DNA from: a plasmid
Length of the DNA stretch: 64,000 nucleotides
Sequence record: NZ_CP094333.1
Direction: 5' to 3' (one strand)
Positions 10,386-20,416 of this stretch are shown here, piece after piece. Each line of letters starts with the position of its first letter. The stretch's first letter is position 1. The notes under the pieces were generated by a model. The model saw only the letters and a program-made list of their open reading frames with translations, had not been told where the DNA came from and did not search any database. A program made the translations under genes and the position numbers.

Positions 10386-11063
10386 ATGTCCATCATTTTT
10401 AATGGACACTATCGTATGAAACACCGGACCTGGATCACTGAAGCTTTACGTCTTCACTTTGAAGAACATTTACCCCGGGTTGTGGCCGGGCGTCGCCTGG
10501 GTGTACCAAAATCAACAGTTTGTAGTATGTTCGTGCGCTTTCGGAGAGCTGGCCTTTCGTGGCCTTTGCCCGCAGGCATGTCGGAGCAGGAACTTGATGC
10601 CTGCCTTTACGGACAATTTTCCACGGTACCAGTCGTACGTCCTGAAAGCACCGTTATATCCGAAGCCCCCATGGTAAAAAAACGTCCCCGGCGGCCCAAC
10701 TTCCCTTATGAGTTTAAAATCGCCTTAGTGGAGCAGTCACTGCAGCCCGGAGCCTGTGTGGCGCAGATCGCCCGGGAAAACGGAATCAACGATAACCTGC
10801 TCTTCAACTGGCGCCATCAATACCGGAAAGGTGGCCTGCTGCCTTCCGGAAAAAATATGCCGGCACTGCTTCCCGTGACGTTAACGCCGGAGCCGGATAA
10901 TAAAATCCCGGCCCCCGCACAGGAACCAGAGCAGATAAATACACCGTCCGACAGTCTGTGTTGTGAGCTGGTTCTGCCGGCCGGAACTCTCAGGCTTAAA
11001 GGTAAACTGACGCCGGCGTTATTACAGACACTTATCCGCGAAATAAAAGGGAGCAGCCACTGA
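10386..11063 (+). CDS. tnpA: IS66-family accessory protein TnpA (orf1)
   Basis: The C-terminal half (…KKRPRRPNFPYEFKIALVEQSLQPGACVAQIARENGINDNLLFNWRHQYRKGG…) is IS66 orf1-like. The N-terminal part has an HTH resembling IS21 IstA (AGLSWPLPAGMSEQELDACLY). The true start is probably MKHRTW at 10416. Confidence 0.7.
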   Translation: MSIIFNGHYRMKHRTWITEALRLHFEEHLPRVVAGRRLGVPKSTVCSMFVRFRRAGLSWPLPAGMSEQELDACLYGQFSTVPVVRPESTVISEAPMVKKRPRRPNFPYEFKIALVEQSLQPGACVAQIARENGINDNLLFNWRHQYRKGGLLPSGKNMPALLPVTLTPEPDNKIPAPAQEPEQINTPSDSLCCELVLPAGTLRLKGKLTPALLQTLIREIKGSSH

Positions 11064-11410
11064 TGATATCTCTCCCTGCAGGTTCGCGTATCTGGCTGGT
11101 TGCAGGTATCACCGATATGCGAAATGGCTTTAACGGCCTGGCATCAAAAGTTCAGAACGTCCTGAAGGATGACCCGTTCTCCGGACACCTGTTCATCTTC
11201 CGCGGACGCCGGGGTGACCAGATAAAAGTGTTGTGGGCTGACAGTGACGGACTGTGCCTCTTCACCAAACGCCTGGAGCGGGGCCGCTTCGTCTGGCCAG
11301 TCACCCGTGACGGCAAGGTGCACCTTACTCCGGCTCAGTTATCCATGCTTCTTGAAGGTATCAACTGGAAGCACCCGAAACGAACGGAACGCGCTGGAAT
11401 CCGCATATAA
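11063..11410 (+). CDS. tnpB: IS66-family TnpB (orf2, 115 aa)
   Basis: MISLPAGSRIWLVAGITDMRNGFNGLASKVQNVLKDDPFSGHLFIFRGRRGDQIKVLWADSDGLCLFTKRLERGRFVWP is the highly conserved IS66 orf2. Confidence 0.9.
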   Translation: MISLPAGSRIWLVAGITDMRNGFNGLASKVQNVLKDDPFSGHLFIFRGRRGDQIKVLWADSDGLCLFTKRLERGRFVWPVTRDGKVHLTPAQLSMLLEGINWKHPKRTERAGIRI

Positions 11411-11429
11411 CCCGTTGTAAAGTGAGGAT

Positions 11430-13001
11430 ATGGACACCTCACTTGCTCATGAGAACGCCCGCCTGCGGGCACTGTTGCAGACGCAACAGGACACCATCCG
11501 CCAGATGGCTGAATACAACCGCCTGCTCTCACAGCGGGTGGCGGCTTATGCTTCCGAAATCAACCGGCTGAAGGCGCTGGTTGCGAAACTGCAACGTATG
11601 CAGTTCGGTAAAAGCTCAGAAAAACTTCGTGCAAAAACCGAACGGCAGATACAGGAAGCACAGGAGCGAATCAGCGCACTTCAGGAAGAAATGGCGGAAA
11701 CGCTGGGTGAGCAATATGACCCGGTACTGCCATCCGCCCTGCGCCAGTCTTCAGCCCGTAAACCGTTACCGGCCTCACTTCCCCGTGAAACCCGGGTTAT
11801 CCGGCCGGAAGAGGAATGCTGTCCTGCCTGTGGTGGTGAACTCAGTTCTCTGGGATGTGATGTGTCAGAGCAACTGGAGCTTATCAGCAGCGCCTTTAAG
11901 GTTATCGAAACACAACGTCCGAAACAGGCCTGTTGCCGGTGCGACCATATCGTGCAGGCACCAGTACCTTCAAAACCCATTGCACGCAGTTATGCCGGAG
12001 CGGGGCTTCTGGCCCATGTTGTCACCGGGAAATATGCAGACCATCTGCCGTTATACCGCCAGTCAGAAATATACCGTCGTCAGGGAGTGGAGCTGAGCCG
12101 TGCCACACTGGGGCGCTGGACAGGTGCTGTTGCTGAACTGCTGGAGCCGCTGTATGACGTCCTGCGCCAGTATGTGCTGATGCCCGGTAAAGTCCATGCT
12201 GATGATATCCCCGTCCCGGTCCAGGAGCCGGGCAGCGGTAAAACCCGGACAGCCCGGCTGTGGGTCTACGTCCGTGATGACCGTAACGCCGGTTCACAGA
12301 TGCCCCCGGCGGTCTGGTTCGCGTACAGTCCGGACCGGAAAGGTATCCATCCACAAAATCACCTGGCCGGTTACAGCGGTGTGCTTCAGGCCGATGCTTA
12401 CGGTGGTTACCGGGCGTTATACGAATCCGGCAGAATAACGGAAGCCGCGTGTATGGCTCATGCCCGGAGAAAAATCCACGATGTGCATGCAAGAGCGCCC
12501 ACCTACATCACCACGGAAGCCCTGCAGCGTATCGGTGAACTGTATGCCATCGAGGCAGAGGTCCGGGGCTGTTCAGCAGAACAGCGTCTGGCGGCAAGAA
12601 AAGCCAGAGCCGCGCCACTGATGCAGTCACTGTATGACTGGATACAGCAACAGATGAAAACACTGTCGCGTCACTCAGATACGGCAAAAGCGTTCGCATA
12701 CCTGCTGAAACAGTGGGATGCACTGAACGTGTACTGCAGTAATGGCTGGGTGGAAATCGACAACAACATCGCAGAGAACGCCTTACGGGGAGTGGCCGTA
12801 GGCCGGAAAAACTGGATGTTCGCGGGTTCCGACAGCGGTGGTGAACATGCGGCGGTGTTGTACTCGCTGATCGGCACATGCCGTCTGAACAATGTGGAGC
12901 CAGAAAAGTGGCTGCGTTACGTCATTGAACATATCCAGGACTGGCCGGCAAACCGGGTACGCGATCTGTTGCCCTGGAAAGTTGATCTGAGCTCTCAGTA
13001 A
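11430..13001 (+). CDS. tnpC: IS66-family transposase TnpC (orf3, 523 aa)
   Basis: Leucine-zipper N-terminus, a CxxC…CxxC zinc finger (CPACGGEL…CCRCDH), and the DDE core typical of IS66 TnpC. Confidence 0.9.
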   Translation: MDTSLAHENARLRALLQTQQDTIRQMAEYNRLLSQRVAAYASEINRLKALVAKLQRMQFGKSSEKLRAKTERQIQEAQERISALQEEMAETLGEQYDPVLPSALRQSSARKPLPASLPRETRVIRPEEECCPACGGELSSLGCDVSEQLELISSAFKVIETQRPKQACCRCDHIVQAPVPSKPIARSYAGAGLLAHVVTGKYADHLPLYRQSEIYRRQGVELSRATLGRWTGAVAELLEPLYDVLRQYVLMPGKVHADDIPVPVQEPGSGKTRTARLWVYVRDDRNAGSQMPPAVWFAYSPDRKGIHPQNHLAGYSGVLQADAYGGYRALYESGRITEAACMAHARRKIHDVHARAPTYITTEALQRIGELYAIEAEVRGCSAEQRLAARKARAAPLMQSLYDWIQQQMKTLSRHSDTAKAFAYLLKQWDALNVYCSNGWVEIDNNIAENALRGVAVGRKNWMFAGSDSGGEHAAVLYSLIGTCRLNNVEPEKWLRYVIEHIQDWPANRVRDLLPWKVDLSSQ

Positions 13002-13212
13002 ATATCAATACGGTTCTGACGAGTCGCTTACGATACTTATAACGATTTCCGTATTCACCACCCTTTTCTGTGGATGCTATGTTCACCTCTCCTTTTCAGG
13101 ATCTCCGAGCCTGTTACCAAGCGAGGCTAACCACAGTATGCAATGGCTATACCACTAAGCCATGTTGCTTTTCATGCAACACTCCATAAAACACCGCGCT
13201 TCAACGGCGCAC

Positions 13213-13251
13213 CCCGACGAGGATGACCTTGTTGATACCACGTGCACTCAT
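13213..13251 (-). CDS. ssb: SSB exon 1 (codons 1-13: MSARGINKVILVG)
   Basis: The reverse complement of 13213-13251 is atgagtgcacgtggtatcaacaaggtcatcctcgtcggg, which translates to MSARGINKVILVG. It is followed immediately by gtgcgcc, a group II intron 5' consensus. Joined to exon 2 it gives ...[26 protein letters not shown], identical in pattern to F SSB. Confidence 0.7.
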
Positions 13252-13324
13252 AAGAACCTCCTGACTGAAAGATGTGAGATAAACCGGATACCGGCGACGG
13301 GACGTTCATGTGCCCCTTCAGAGG

Positions 13325-13823
13325 AGCGAAAGCTCCTCCTGCCGTCCACTTCACAGGGGTTTCTCCCCGCAGTGGACCTTTCCGATGGGGGCCCGTTTAC
13401 CGCCTCACGGGACAGCTGCCCGGGGGCGGACGCAAAATTTTTAGCCGGGTTCATGGCTAAAAATTTTGTGGCCGGTGCATCTCACCCTGGACAGATGGAA
13501 CGGGAGGGGGTTACGTCTGCCCCCCGGAAAGTCCACAGCGGGAAACAGGCCGCAGGGGTGGCGGCAGGAGGGAAGACTGCTGCGCCATCAGGCGCAGTTT
13601 CCTCACACACCGTCAGGTGTGCAGGGAGCGCAGGTCACGGCGCGACAGGGGCGGCGCGACCGGAACGGTCGCTGCAAGCCGGGTTTTCACGCATCGGACC
13701 GTAGCGGCAGCCCGAAACCGCGCCAGCGGGTTCGGCGGAGACTGGCGGGTGCGCCAGCAGCTGCCTGTCGGAGTCGGGCCTGACGACCGGATGCCGCCAG
13801 GCAGCCGGGAGCCGAAGTGGGCG
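13325..13823. repeat. leading-region repeat family 1, copy B (5' part), directly 5' of ssb exon 1. It is interrupted at 13823/13824 by group II intron 2.
   Basis: Aligns with 1620-2117 of copy A. The alignment breaks after gcagccgggagccgaag, where GTGCGAC begins. Confidence 0.6.
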
Positions 13824-16170
13824 GTGCGACAGGAAGTCGCTTAACGTATTGTTTTACATTGATAAAACCAGCTATCCCATTAGCTGTAGCCTACCGGGAC
13901 AGGCGCTGCCGGCAACGGCGGGGTCTGAAGCTCCCGGGACAACGAGAGCCGGGCGTCAGCCCGGGTAAAGCCCCGTGAGGGGCTTTACCTTGCTGCAAGC
14001 ATCATGTGGCAGGAGAGCAAGGCTGGTCAGAAGGGTTAACACATGTGAACTGTTGATAAACACCGTTATCGGCAACAGGCCAAAGATGCTGACAGGCCTG
14101 AACCAAAAGGTACGGGGTCCGGTTGCTACCTCGCGCACAGGGAGCACATGGGCGCAGAGACCCCCGGTGAAGAGACAGAACCCGCCCTGACCCTCTGTAT
14201 GTTAAGCGGAACCTGGTAAACCCGTATCGCTGCCTTACAGGCAGGTGAACCGTAAGGAACACTGTAGGCGGTGCGGGCAGAGGAGGACGGAAAAAGCAAA
14301 TGCCCGGTTGTAATGACCGGGATACGGGGCAGGTTCCCCGACGCGAAAGCGGGCAGACTTCCGTCTGGTCTTTAATTGCATGAAAAGCTGTAAAGCAGTC
14401 AAAAGGATATCAGCGAGATGAATACACACATCAGTGTGTCCACGATACCCCACCCGACAGGCTGGCACACCATAGACTGGAAAGCATGCCATGCCCGGGT
14501 GCGAAAGCTACAGTTACGGATTGCAAAGGCAACCCGACAGCAACAATGGCGGCAGGTCAGAGAACTACAGCGCATCCTCACCCGCTCATTCTCCGGCAAA
14601 GCCGTGGCTGTCAGGCGTGTAACTGAAAATACCGGTAAAAGGACACCCGGTATTGACGGAAAAATATGGCACACACCGAAGGAGAAATGGGAAGGAATAT
14701 GCAGCCTGAATCTGTGTGGTTACAGGCCACAGCCACTACGGCGAATACATATCCCAAAATCAAACGGCAAAACGCGACCGCTGGGCATACCCACAATGAG
14801 GGACCGGGCCATGCAGGCACTGTGGCTGCTGGCTCTGGAACCCGTATCCGAGACCACTGCTGACCATAACAGCTATGGTTTCAGACCAATGCGCAGCACG
14901 CATGACGCCATTGAGTCCATTTTTCTGCGGATGAGCCAGAAAGTATCGCCCAAATGGATACTGGAGGGCGATATTAAAGGGTGTTTCGATAACATCAGCC
15001 ATGACTGGCTGCTTTCCCATATTCCGATGGACAGGAGACTGCTTAAAAAATGGTTGAAAGCAGGTTACATGGAAAGAGGCGTGTTTAACCATACGAACAG
15101 CGGGACACCGCAGGGAGGCATCATATCCCCTGTTCTCGCCAACATGGCTCTGGACGGACTGGAGAAGGAACTGATGCAAACGTTCAGGAAAAGTGGTTAT
15201 CACAGTGCAAAGCACCAGGTGAATTATGTGAGATATGCTGATGATTTCATCTGTTCAGGCAGCTCCCGTGAATTGCTGGAAAATGAGGTCAGACCACTGA
15301 TTGCAGCTTTCATGCGCGAACGAGGGCTGGAACTGTCGGAAGAAAAAACCGCGATTACACATATAGATAAAGGCTTCGACTTTTTAGGGCAGAACGTCAG
15401 GAAGTACAACGGTAAAATGCTGATTAAACCGTCGAAGAAAAACCTGAAGAACTTCCTCTGTAAAGTCAGAGAAATAATTAAACGCAATCCGACGCTCCCG
15501 GCATGGAAACTGATAGGCCAGCTAAACCCGGTAATCCGGGGATGGGCTACCTATCACCGACACGTCGTGGCGAAAGAAACATTTAATTATGTCGACACCC
15601 AAATCTGGCGAGCTATATGGCGATGGTGTGTAAGAAGGCACCCCCGAAAAGGATTGCGGTGGATCGCCGGACGATACTTCTCCTTTGAAGGCAGGCGCTG
15701 GATCTTTAAAGCCATAACCCCGGAAGGGAAAATTCTGACTCTCTTCCGGGCAATGGAAACACCGATAAAGCGCCATATAAAAATCAAAGGCGAAGCAACA
15801 CCATACACCCCCGGAATGGAAATCTACTTTGAACGTCGTCTGGATCTAATCTGGAAAGGCAAATCAAAGAAGATGAAGACAGTAGTTCAACTCTGGAAGA
15901 GGCAGGGGAAACACTGTCCGCAGTGCGGACAACCCATAACCAACCAGACCGGATGGAATATACATCACCGGATCAGGAAAGTTATGGGCGGCAGTGACGA
16001 ACTGACCAATCTCGAGTTGTTACATCCGAACTGCCACCGACAGTTACACAGCAGGGAAGCCGGTGCTCACCGAAAGCACTTATAAAGGCTTGAGCGGAGT
16101 GCGGGGAAACTCGCACGCTCCGTTCTTAGGGGGCGGCGGCGCAGCAATGTGCCGCTGCTACCCGACCAAT
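13824..16170 (+). mobile_element. group II intron 2 (different lineage from intron 1) inserted in repeat family 1 copy B
   Basis: 5' GTGCGAC at 13824. IEP 14418-16085. Domain V GAGCGGAGTGCGGGGAAACTCGCACGCTCCGTTC at 16093-16126. The 3' boundary is approximate (16160-16250); repeat homology resumes near 16250. Confidence 0.7.
14418..16085 (+). CDS. group II intron-encoded reverse transcriptase/maturase with HNH endonuclease domain (555 aa)
   Basis: RT blocks (…RPLGIPTMRDRAMQ…, YVRYADDFICSG), domain X, and a C-terminal CPQCG…HHRIRKVMGGSDELTNLELLHPNCHRQLHS. Confidence 0.9.
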   Translation: MNTHISVSTIPHPTGWHTIDWKACHARVRKLQLRIAKATRQQQWRQVRELQRILTRSFSGKAVAVRRVTENTGKRTPGIDGKIWHTPKEKWEGICSLNLCGYRPQPLRRIHIPKSNGKTRPLGIPTMRDRAMQALWLLALEPVSETTADHNSYGFRPMRSTHDAIESIFLRMSQKVSPKWILEGDIKGCFDNISHDWLLSHIPMDRRLLKKWLKAGYMERGVFNHTNSGTPQGGIISPVLANMALDGLEKELMQTFRKSGYHSAKHQVNYVRYADDFICSGSSRELLENEVRPLIAAFMRERGLELSEEKTAITHIDKGFDFLGQNVRKYNGKMLIKPSKKNLKNFLCKVREIIKRNPTLPAWKLIGQLNPVIRGWATYHRHVVAKETFNYVDTQIWRAIWRWCVRRHPRKGLRWIAGRYFSFEGRRWIFKAITPEGKILTLFRAMETPIKRHIKIKGEATPYTPGMEIYFERRLDLIWKGKSKKMKTVVQLWKRQGKHCPQCGQPITNQTGWNIHHRIRKVMGGSDELTNLELLHPNCHRQLHSREAGAHRKHL

Positions 16171-16249
16171 AAAAGACAGCCAGAAACGGTGACAGTGTCA
16201 CGGAATATCACACCTGTTCCCTGCATACAGCCATACACTACCTTCTGAC

Positions 16250-16345
16250 CGGAAAGCCGGGCCGGCAGCGCCGCAGGCGCTGCACCCCGCATTTCCGGCA
16301 GGCGTCAGCCTGCCAGGGGTTTTCGCGCGGGCTGACAGGCGGCCT
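16250..16345. repeat. leading-region repeat family 1, copy B (3' part, downstream of intron 2)
   Basis: gggccggcagcgccgcaggcgctgcaccccgcatttccggcaggcgtcagcctgccagggg matches 2175-2260 of copy A. Confidence 0.5.
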
Positions 16346-16362
16346 CCACCGCCTGCCCTGTA

Positions 16363-16554
16363 TCACCTGTTTCTGCTGCCCTGAAGGATATAGTGACCAC
16401 CGAGGAAAACCGCCTGCTGATTCGCCACAAAATCGCAGATTTCATCAACAATCTGCGCAGTGGTGAGCGGTTTCTGCCCCATTTCACGACGCCGCGCATT
16501 AATCACGGCTTTGTAATTGCGCAGAATTTCGCGGGTTTCTGTGCTGATATTCAT
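16363..16554 (-). CDS. hypothetical small protein (63 aa), translationally coupled to the upstream DUF1380-like gene
   Basis: ATGA start/stop overlap at 16551-16554. Confidence 0.35.
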   Translation of the reverse strand: MNISTETREILRNYKAVINARRREMGQKPLTTAQIVDEICDFVANQQAVFLGGHYILQGSRNR

Positions 16555-16973
16555 GACATGTGCTCCCCGTCCAGCGCCTGTAACACAACGTCCATTGCTT
16601 CGCGTTCTTCCCTGACGAACGCATCACCGTCGCCCCCGTTCTCACTCCCGACGGCATACAGGCGCTTCATTTCACTGCCTGCCAGCGCCAACACTTTTTC
16701 CAGCATCACCGCCGGGACTGTCACCTGACGGCTGGCGCGCTTTTCTTCCATCAGTTCACGAACAACGTCGTGAACAACGCTGACATCCGCACCATGCTCA
16801 AAGGCATCGTCCAGCCGCTGCATGACAGTTTCCAGCTCATCGTCTGTCAGACTCCAGTCCTGGGCTATGTGACGCACATCCCCACGGGTCAGCACCACGG
16901 CAAAAACGCATTCACTGTCCGGCACGTCTGTATCCAGCACTTCGCGGATAATTTCTTTAACAGTACAGTACAT
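16551..16973 (-). CDS. DUF1380-like leading-region protein (140 aa)
   Basis: Acidic protein of about 140 aa (MYCTVKEIIREVLDTDVPDSE…). It is a paralogue of the 18679-19113 product and typical of IncF/IncI leading regions. Confidence 0.5.
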   Translation of the reverse strand: MYCTVKEIIREVLDTDVPDSECVFAVVLTRGDVRHIAQDWSLTDDELETVMQRLDDAFEHGADVSVVHDVVRELMEEKRASRQVTVPAVMLEKVLALAGSEMKRLYAVGSENGGDGDAFVREEREAMDVVLQALDGEHMS

Positions 16974-17019
16974 GTTCTCGTCTCCTTTACAGGGGCGGCA
17001 TTGCCGCCCCGTCCGTTAA

Positions 17020-17445
17020 TCAGTCCAGAGCCGCGTAAATCGCGTTGCATTCAGGGTGAAATTCGATGTGACGCCACAACTGCGCATCGCGCATCCGGTA
17101 AAGCTGGGTCAGTCCTGCATCCCCGCTGTCGTGGTACAGCCACAACTGGCGGTTAATCACAAGGGAGGTAAGGATGATGCCTGAGGCATCAGCACTCACG
17201 GTACGGTCAAACCAGTTTGCACCGTTCACCATGTGGAAACGGTCACCGTCCGGCATCATGTAACCGCCACCGTCCGGCAGGCGGATGAAGTGCCAGAAGC
17301 CGCCCTGATATTCCGGCATCATTTTTTGCGCCAGCGCGTACACATACGCCTCGGCATACAGAAAATCGTTGCCAAACAGATACGGCAGAAAGGAGAGACG
17401 GTCGCACTCTTCAACGTTCAGAGTGACAGGTTTCGCATATTGCAT
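17020..17445 (-). CDS. klcA: antirestriction protein KlcA/ArdB family (141 aa)
   Basis: …[51 protein letters not shown]…[21 protein letters not shown]… matches the KlcA/ArdB fold family. Confidence 0.85.
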   Translation of the reverse strand: MQYAKPVTLNVEECDRLSFLPYLFGNDFLYAEAYVYALAQKMMPEYQGGFWHFIRLPDGGGYMMPDGDRFHMVNGANWFDRTVSADASGIILTSLVINRQLWLYHDSGDAGLTQLYRMRDAQLWRHIEFHPECNAIYAALD

Positions 17446-17461
17446 GATGTTTTCCTCCGTT

Positions 17462-17800
17462 GTTCACATATTCCGCGACACCGGGCGGTGCCGTGCCTCC
17501 ATAAAAGCCGGGCGAACAGGCGGGGATGCAGGGGCGCAAGGGAAGCCGCAGCCTGACGCACACGGCTGGCGGGAGTTGCAGGGTGAGGCCGCGAAACCTG
17601 AGCGGGCGAACGACCGGAAAATCACGGCAGACGGGAAGGAGGGACCGGGTGACCGCAGCGGCGAAGCGTACCCTTGCATCAACGCCAGCCCGGCTAAGAT
17701 GGAGGCACGGCACAGCCCGCACACGGCGCTGAGGCCACATAACTGAAAACCCATAAGGCCATGCCCGCATGGCCGGGTAAAGCGGAGCCGGCGGCGACGT
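17462..17800. repeat. leading-region repeat family 2, copy B (directly 5' of klcA)
   Basis: About 95% identical to 2810-3145. The track ORFs 17411-17857 and 17464-17754 are translations of this repeat. Confidence 0.6.
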
Positions 17801-17856
17801 CCTTTGTGCTCTGTCCGGGACCGGCAGGAAAAAGGCGGGGATTTTCCCCGCCATCA

Positions 17857-18633
17857 TCAGCCCCTGATTTTTGCCGGGGCATCCGCCATGCTGCGGATTT
17901 CGGCCCGGGCTTCCCGGACCACCTCCCGCAGAACACCACGGTCAAACCACCGGCGGGGCGGTTCATCCGGTATACGCAGCACATCGCAGGCCAGCCCACT
18001 GGACAGGATATGCTCCACACACTCACTGACCAGATACATTTCCACCGCCGAAAAACGTGCTCCCCGGTTCAGGATGGCATCGAGCACCACGGGCAGGTTT
18101 TCGTCGTCTTCATCGAGCCAGCAGGGGTGATCGCTTTCCTTCACAACCAGGCGAAAGCGGCGCGTCTGGCGGGTCAGCAACGTCTGACCGGTTGTGGTCA
18201 GCGCCGCCCTGATACGCTGCGCATCTTCTGCCACCCGGCAACTGACACTGCGTACCGCATCGCGCACTGCATCAAGAACTGCCCTGATTTCGTCTTCGGT
18301 CAGCCATTCTCCGGCATACGGGAAAAACACCTGTGTTCCGTCTGCCGGAAGTACCGGCAGCGACTGCCACTGACTGCCAGACAGTACCAGTTCCGCCCCG
18401 GTTCCGGTCAGTTTCTGAATGGCGGAGGCCAGGAGCGGCGGCAGTACGCCGCCGTGACGGTTGATGAGTAACATCGCCAGCCGGGGCGCATCCAGCAGAA
18501 CATAAATGCTGATCCAGCCCGGATACTTCGGGTTCCGCTGGTCAACATCCGTCTCTTCCGGCCAGCCCTGCGCCAGCAGCAGGTTGCGGGCGTGACGACA
18601 AATCAGTGCGTTCAGTGTTGTGTTTTCGTTCAT
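17857..18633 (-). CDS. hypothetical leading-region protein (258 aa)
   Basis: Long clean ORF with no motif recognised. The stop of the 18679-19113 gene lies 45 nt upstream. Confidence 0.5.
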   Translation of the reverse strand: MNENTTLNALICRHARNLLLAQGWPEETDVDQRNPKYPGWISIYVLLDAPRLAMLLINRHGGVLPPLLASAIQKLTGTGAELVLSGSQWQSLPVLPADGTQVFFPYAGEWLTEDEIRAVLDAVRDAVRSVSCRVAEDAQRIRAALTTTGQTLLTRQTRRFRLVVKESDHPCWLDEDDENLPVVLDAILNRGARFSAVEMYLVSECVEHILSSGLACDVLRIPDEPPRRWFDRGVLREVVREARAEIRSMADAPAKIRG

Positions 18634-18678
18634 GATTAATCGTTCTCCCTGAATCGCCGCCCGGAGGCGGCGATAACA

Positions 18679-19113
18679 TCAGTCGTTTTCGTGTCTATTG
18701 TTTTTCAGCAGGGTGCGGGCCTGATTAATCACCGCCTGACGGCGGGTGACGCATTCCGGGACGGCGAGGCCATGATCCCGGGCGGCCCATTCACGTTTCC
18801 ACAATGCCTGTTCAGCGGTCTGAATCAGGGACGCCAGCAGTTCAGCAGGGACGGTCACCTGGCGGTTTTCGCTCACGTTATTGATGATCTCCATCGCCAC
18901 GCCGGAAGAAATACCGGATTCAGTCCGCTGGTCTTCCGGGATGTCCTCCAGGCGCGCCAGGACGGTTCTGATTTCATGATCGGACAGGGAAATATCCATT
19001 CCGTCAGCGAGGGCCTGAATCTCTTCCGGGGACCAGATAACCAGCATCAGCGGCATGTCTCCCGGATACTTTACTGCCAGCTCCCGGCATAGCGTTTCGC
19101 ATGTTCCGTACAT
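18679..19113 (-). CDS. DUF1380-like leading-region protein (144 aa)
   Basis: Paralogue of 16551-16973. Shared segments include …RQVTVPAELL…, …QALWKRE… and …LARLEDIPED…. Confidence 0.5.
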   Translation of the reverse strand: MYGTCETLCRELAVKYPGDMPLMLVIWSPEEIQALADGMDISLSDHEIRTVLARLEDIPEDQRTESGISSGVAMEIINNVSENRQVTVPAELLASLIQTAEQALWKREWAARDHGLAVPECVTRRQAVINQARTLLKNNRHEND

Positions 19114-19126
19114 TCTCGTCTCCTTC

Positions 19127-19348
19127 TCAATCTTTAAAGCACGCTTCCAGTTCCAGAATTTCGGTATATGCCTCCATCAGGAGGCGGTTTGCGCGAAACA
19201 GCGTCTGACGCACCAGACGTTCCGGCAGGGTGTCGGCATTAAAGCTGTACCGCTGCTCCATCTCATTCATGGTTGTACGCAGGTCGCACATGGCATTGGC
19301 CACCTCCGCCACTTCGGCGCGCAGTTTTTCGTGTCCTGCATAGTTCAT
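19127..19348 (-). CDS. hypothetical small protein (73 aa)
   Basis: The ORF ends 1 nt before the methyltransferase stop... that is, its start abuts the end of the MTase gene (19349), suggesting an operon. Confidence 0.4.
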   Translation of the reverse strand: MNYAGHEKLRAEVAEVANAMCDLRTTMNEMEQRYSFNADTLPERLVRQTLFRANRLLMEAYTEILELEACFKD

Positions 19349-20032
19349 TTACGCAGCCTCCGGCATAAACCAGTCATCATTCGCGGCCCCCTGCTGCATG
19401 GCCCGTTGCACGGCGGCAAGGCGTTGCTGCCCGGCACGGTGATACTGCTCAAGCAGCTCGATACCGATATACCGGCGTCCGGACTGGAGGGCGGCGACGC
19501 AGGTTGAGCCGCTGCCTGCAAACGGGTCCAGCACAATTGCGTTCGGGTGTGTGAAGTTCTCAATCAGCGGTTGCAGGCTGGTAACGGGCTTTTCCGTCGG
19601 GTGATGGCGATTGCCCGAATATTTCCAGCCCAGCACGTCCGGCAGCGGGTTTTGTGGCAGACGTGGACGGCCTTTTGCCAGGATGTAGGCGCATTCGTGG
19701 CGATAGCCCACATATGCGGCCTTCGATGTGTAGTTTTTGGTGAAGACCAGGTGACCAACAACGCTGAATCCCGCATTTTTCCAGGCGGCCATAAAGCGAT
19801 CGACGCGGTTCCAGCCGTAGAAGCTCACCATTAACGCGTCTTTTTTCAGCACGCGGAACATTTCATTACAGGCCGGTTGCAGCCATTCATCGGTTTTATC
19901 GCCGGCGATGGTGCGCCCGGAACGGTCACGGAAACCGACGAGATATGGCGGGTCGGTGAGGATGAAATCAATGGCGTTATCAGGGATACGGGCCATAACA
20001 TCGATGCAGTTACCGAGGACAAAACGGGACAT
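19349..20032 (-). CDS. orphan N6-adenine DNA methyltransferase (227 aa)
   Basis: DPPY catalytic motif (DFILTDPPYLVGF) and SAM-binding region (LDPFAGSGSTCVAA). No adjacent restriction gene is present. Confidence 0.85.
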   Translation of the reverse strand: MSRFVLGNCIDVMARIPDNAIDFILTDPPYLVGFRDRSGRTIAGDKTDEWLQPACNEMFRVLKKDALMVSFYGWNRVDRFMAAWKNAGFSVVGHLVFTKNYTSKAAYVGYRHECAYILAKGRPRLPQNPLPDVLGWKYSGNRHHPTEKPVTSLQPLIENFTHPNAIVLDPFAGSGSTCVAALQSGRRYIGIELLEQYHRAGQQRLAAVQRAMQQGAANDDWFMPEAA

Positions 20033-20368
20033 AACAACACTCCTTTTTTCACAGAGGGCACCGGGAGGGCCCCCCTGTGGTGCCCGTTCCCCGCTGCCTG
20101 TGGGCTGTTCACCGCGTCCGGTAACGGGTCAGGCCGACCGTGGAATATCGCAGCCGTCGTCTTTTTGACGGCGAGAATATGCCGCGAAAGCGGCTTGAAG
20201 GGCGTTCATCAGAAAAGGGCGACGGGCTGGCGTACACTGTCACCGGTGCCAGCCGGGAGCGGTAAAAGCGCCCGTCCCGTGCCCGCCGGACGCGGGACAC
20301 TGACCACAGGCAGCGTTTATGCCGCGCCGCGTCAGCCGGCGCAGTAAAAAGAGGAGCACGGCGACATC

Positions 20369-20398
20369 CTTTGTCGGAAAAGAAACGGGCGGTTGCCC
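20369..20398 (-). terminator. putative intrinsic terminator downstream of the 323-aa gene
   Basis: Perfect 8-bp stem ACGGGCGG/CCGCCCGT with a 4-nt loop, followed on the minus strand by ttcttttcc. Confidence 0.5.
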
Positions 20399-20416
20399 GC
20401 CCGTCTCCGTCATACT

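Larger units (their letters stand above)
10312..13142 (+). mobile_element. IS66-family insertion sequence (about 2.8 kb) inserted inside group II intron 1
   Basis: Three-ORF IS66 organisation (tnpA-tnpB-tnpC). Imperfect terminal IRs: tgcat..t(a/g)gtaac(c/a)ggctc at about 10312-10345 and its reverse complement at about 13106-13142. Boundaries are good to about 20 bp. No clear 8-bp TSD was seen. Confidence 0.7.
7845..13212 (-). mobile_element. group II intron 1 (bacterial, ORF-containing) inserted in ssb after codon 13. It is itself interrupted by an IS66-family element. About 2.54 kb of intron-derived sequence remains (7845-10311 plus 13143-13212).
   Basis: The 5' end is GTGCGCC at 13212 on the minus strand. 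Domain V, GAGCCGTATGCATTGAAAGGTGCACGTACGGTTC, lies at 7930-7963 (reverse complement) just 3' of the IEP stop. The 3' end ...CCCTAC is at 7845, before the ssb exon 2. Confidence 0.75.

Noticed and set aside
10459-12879. Numerous short ORFs inside the IS66 element (e.g. 11581-12096, 12022-12492, 12508-12879)
   Set aside because: They overlap the conserved tnpA/B/C frames in other frames.
20033-20416. GC-rich 380-bp intergenic segment between the methyltransferase and the 323-aa gene, considered as a third ssi-like repeat family
   Set aside because: No second copy was found in the window. Only a terminator-like hairpin is clearly supported.
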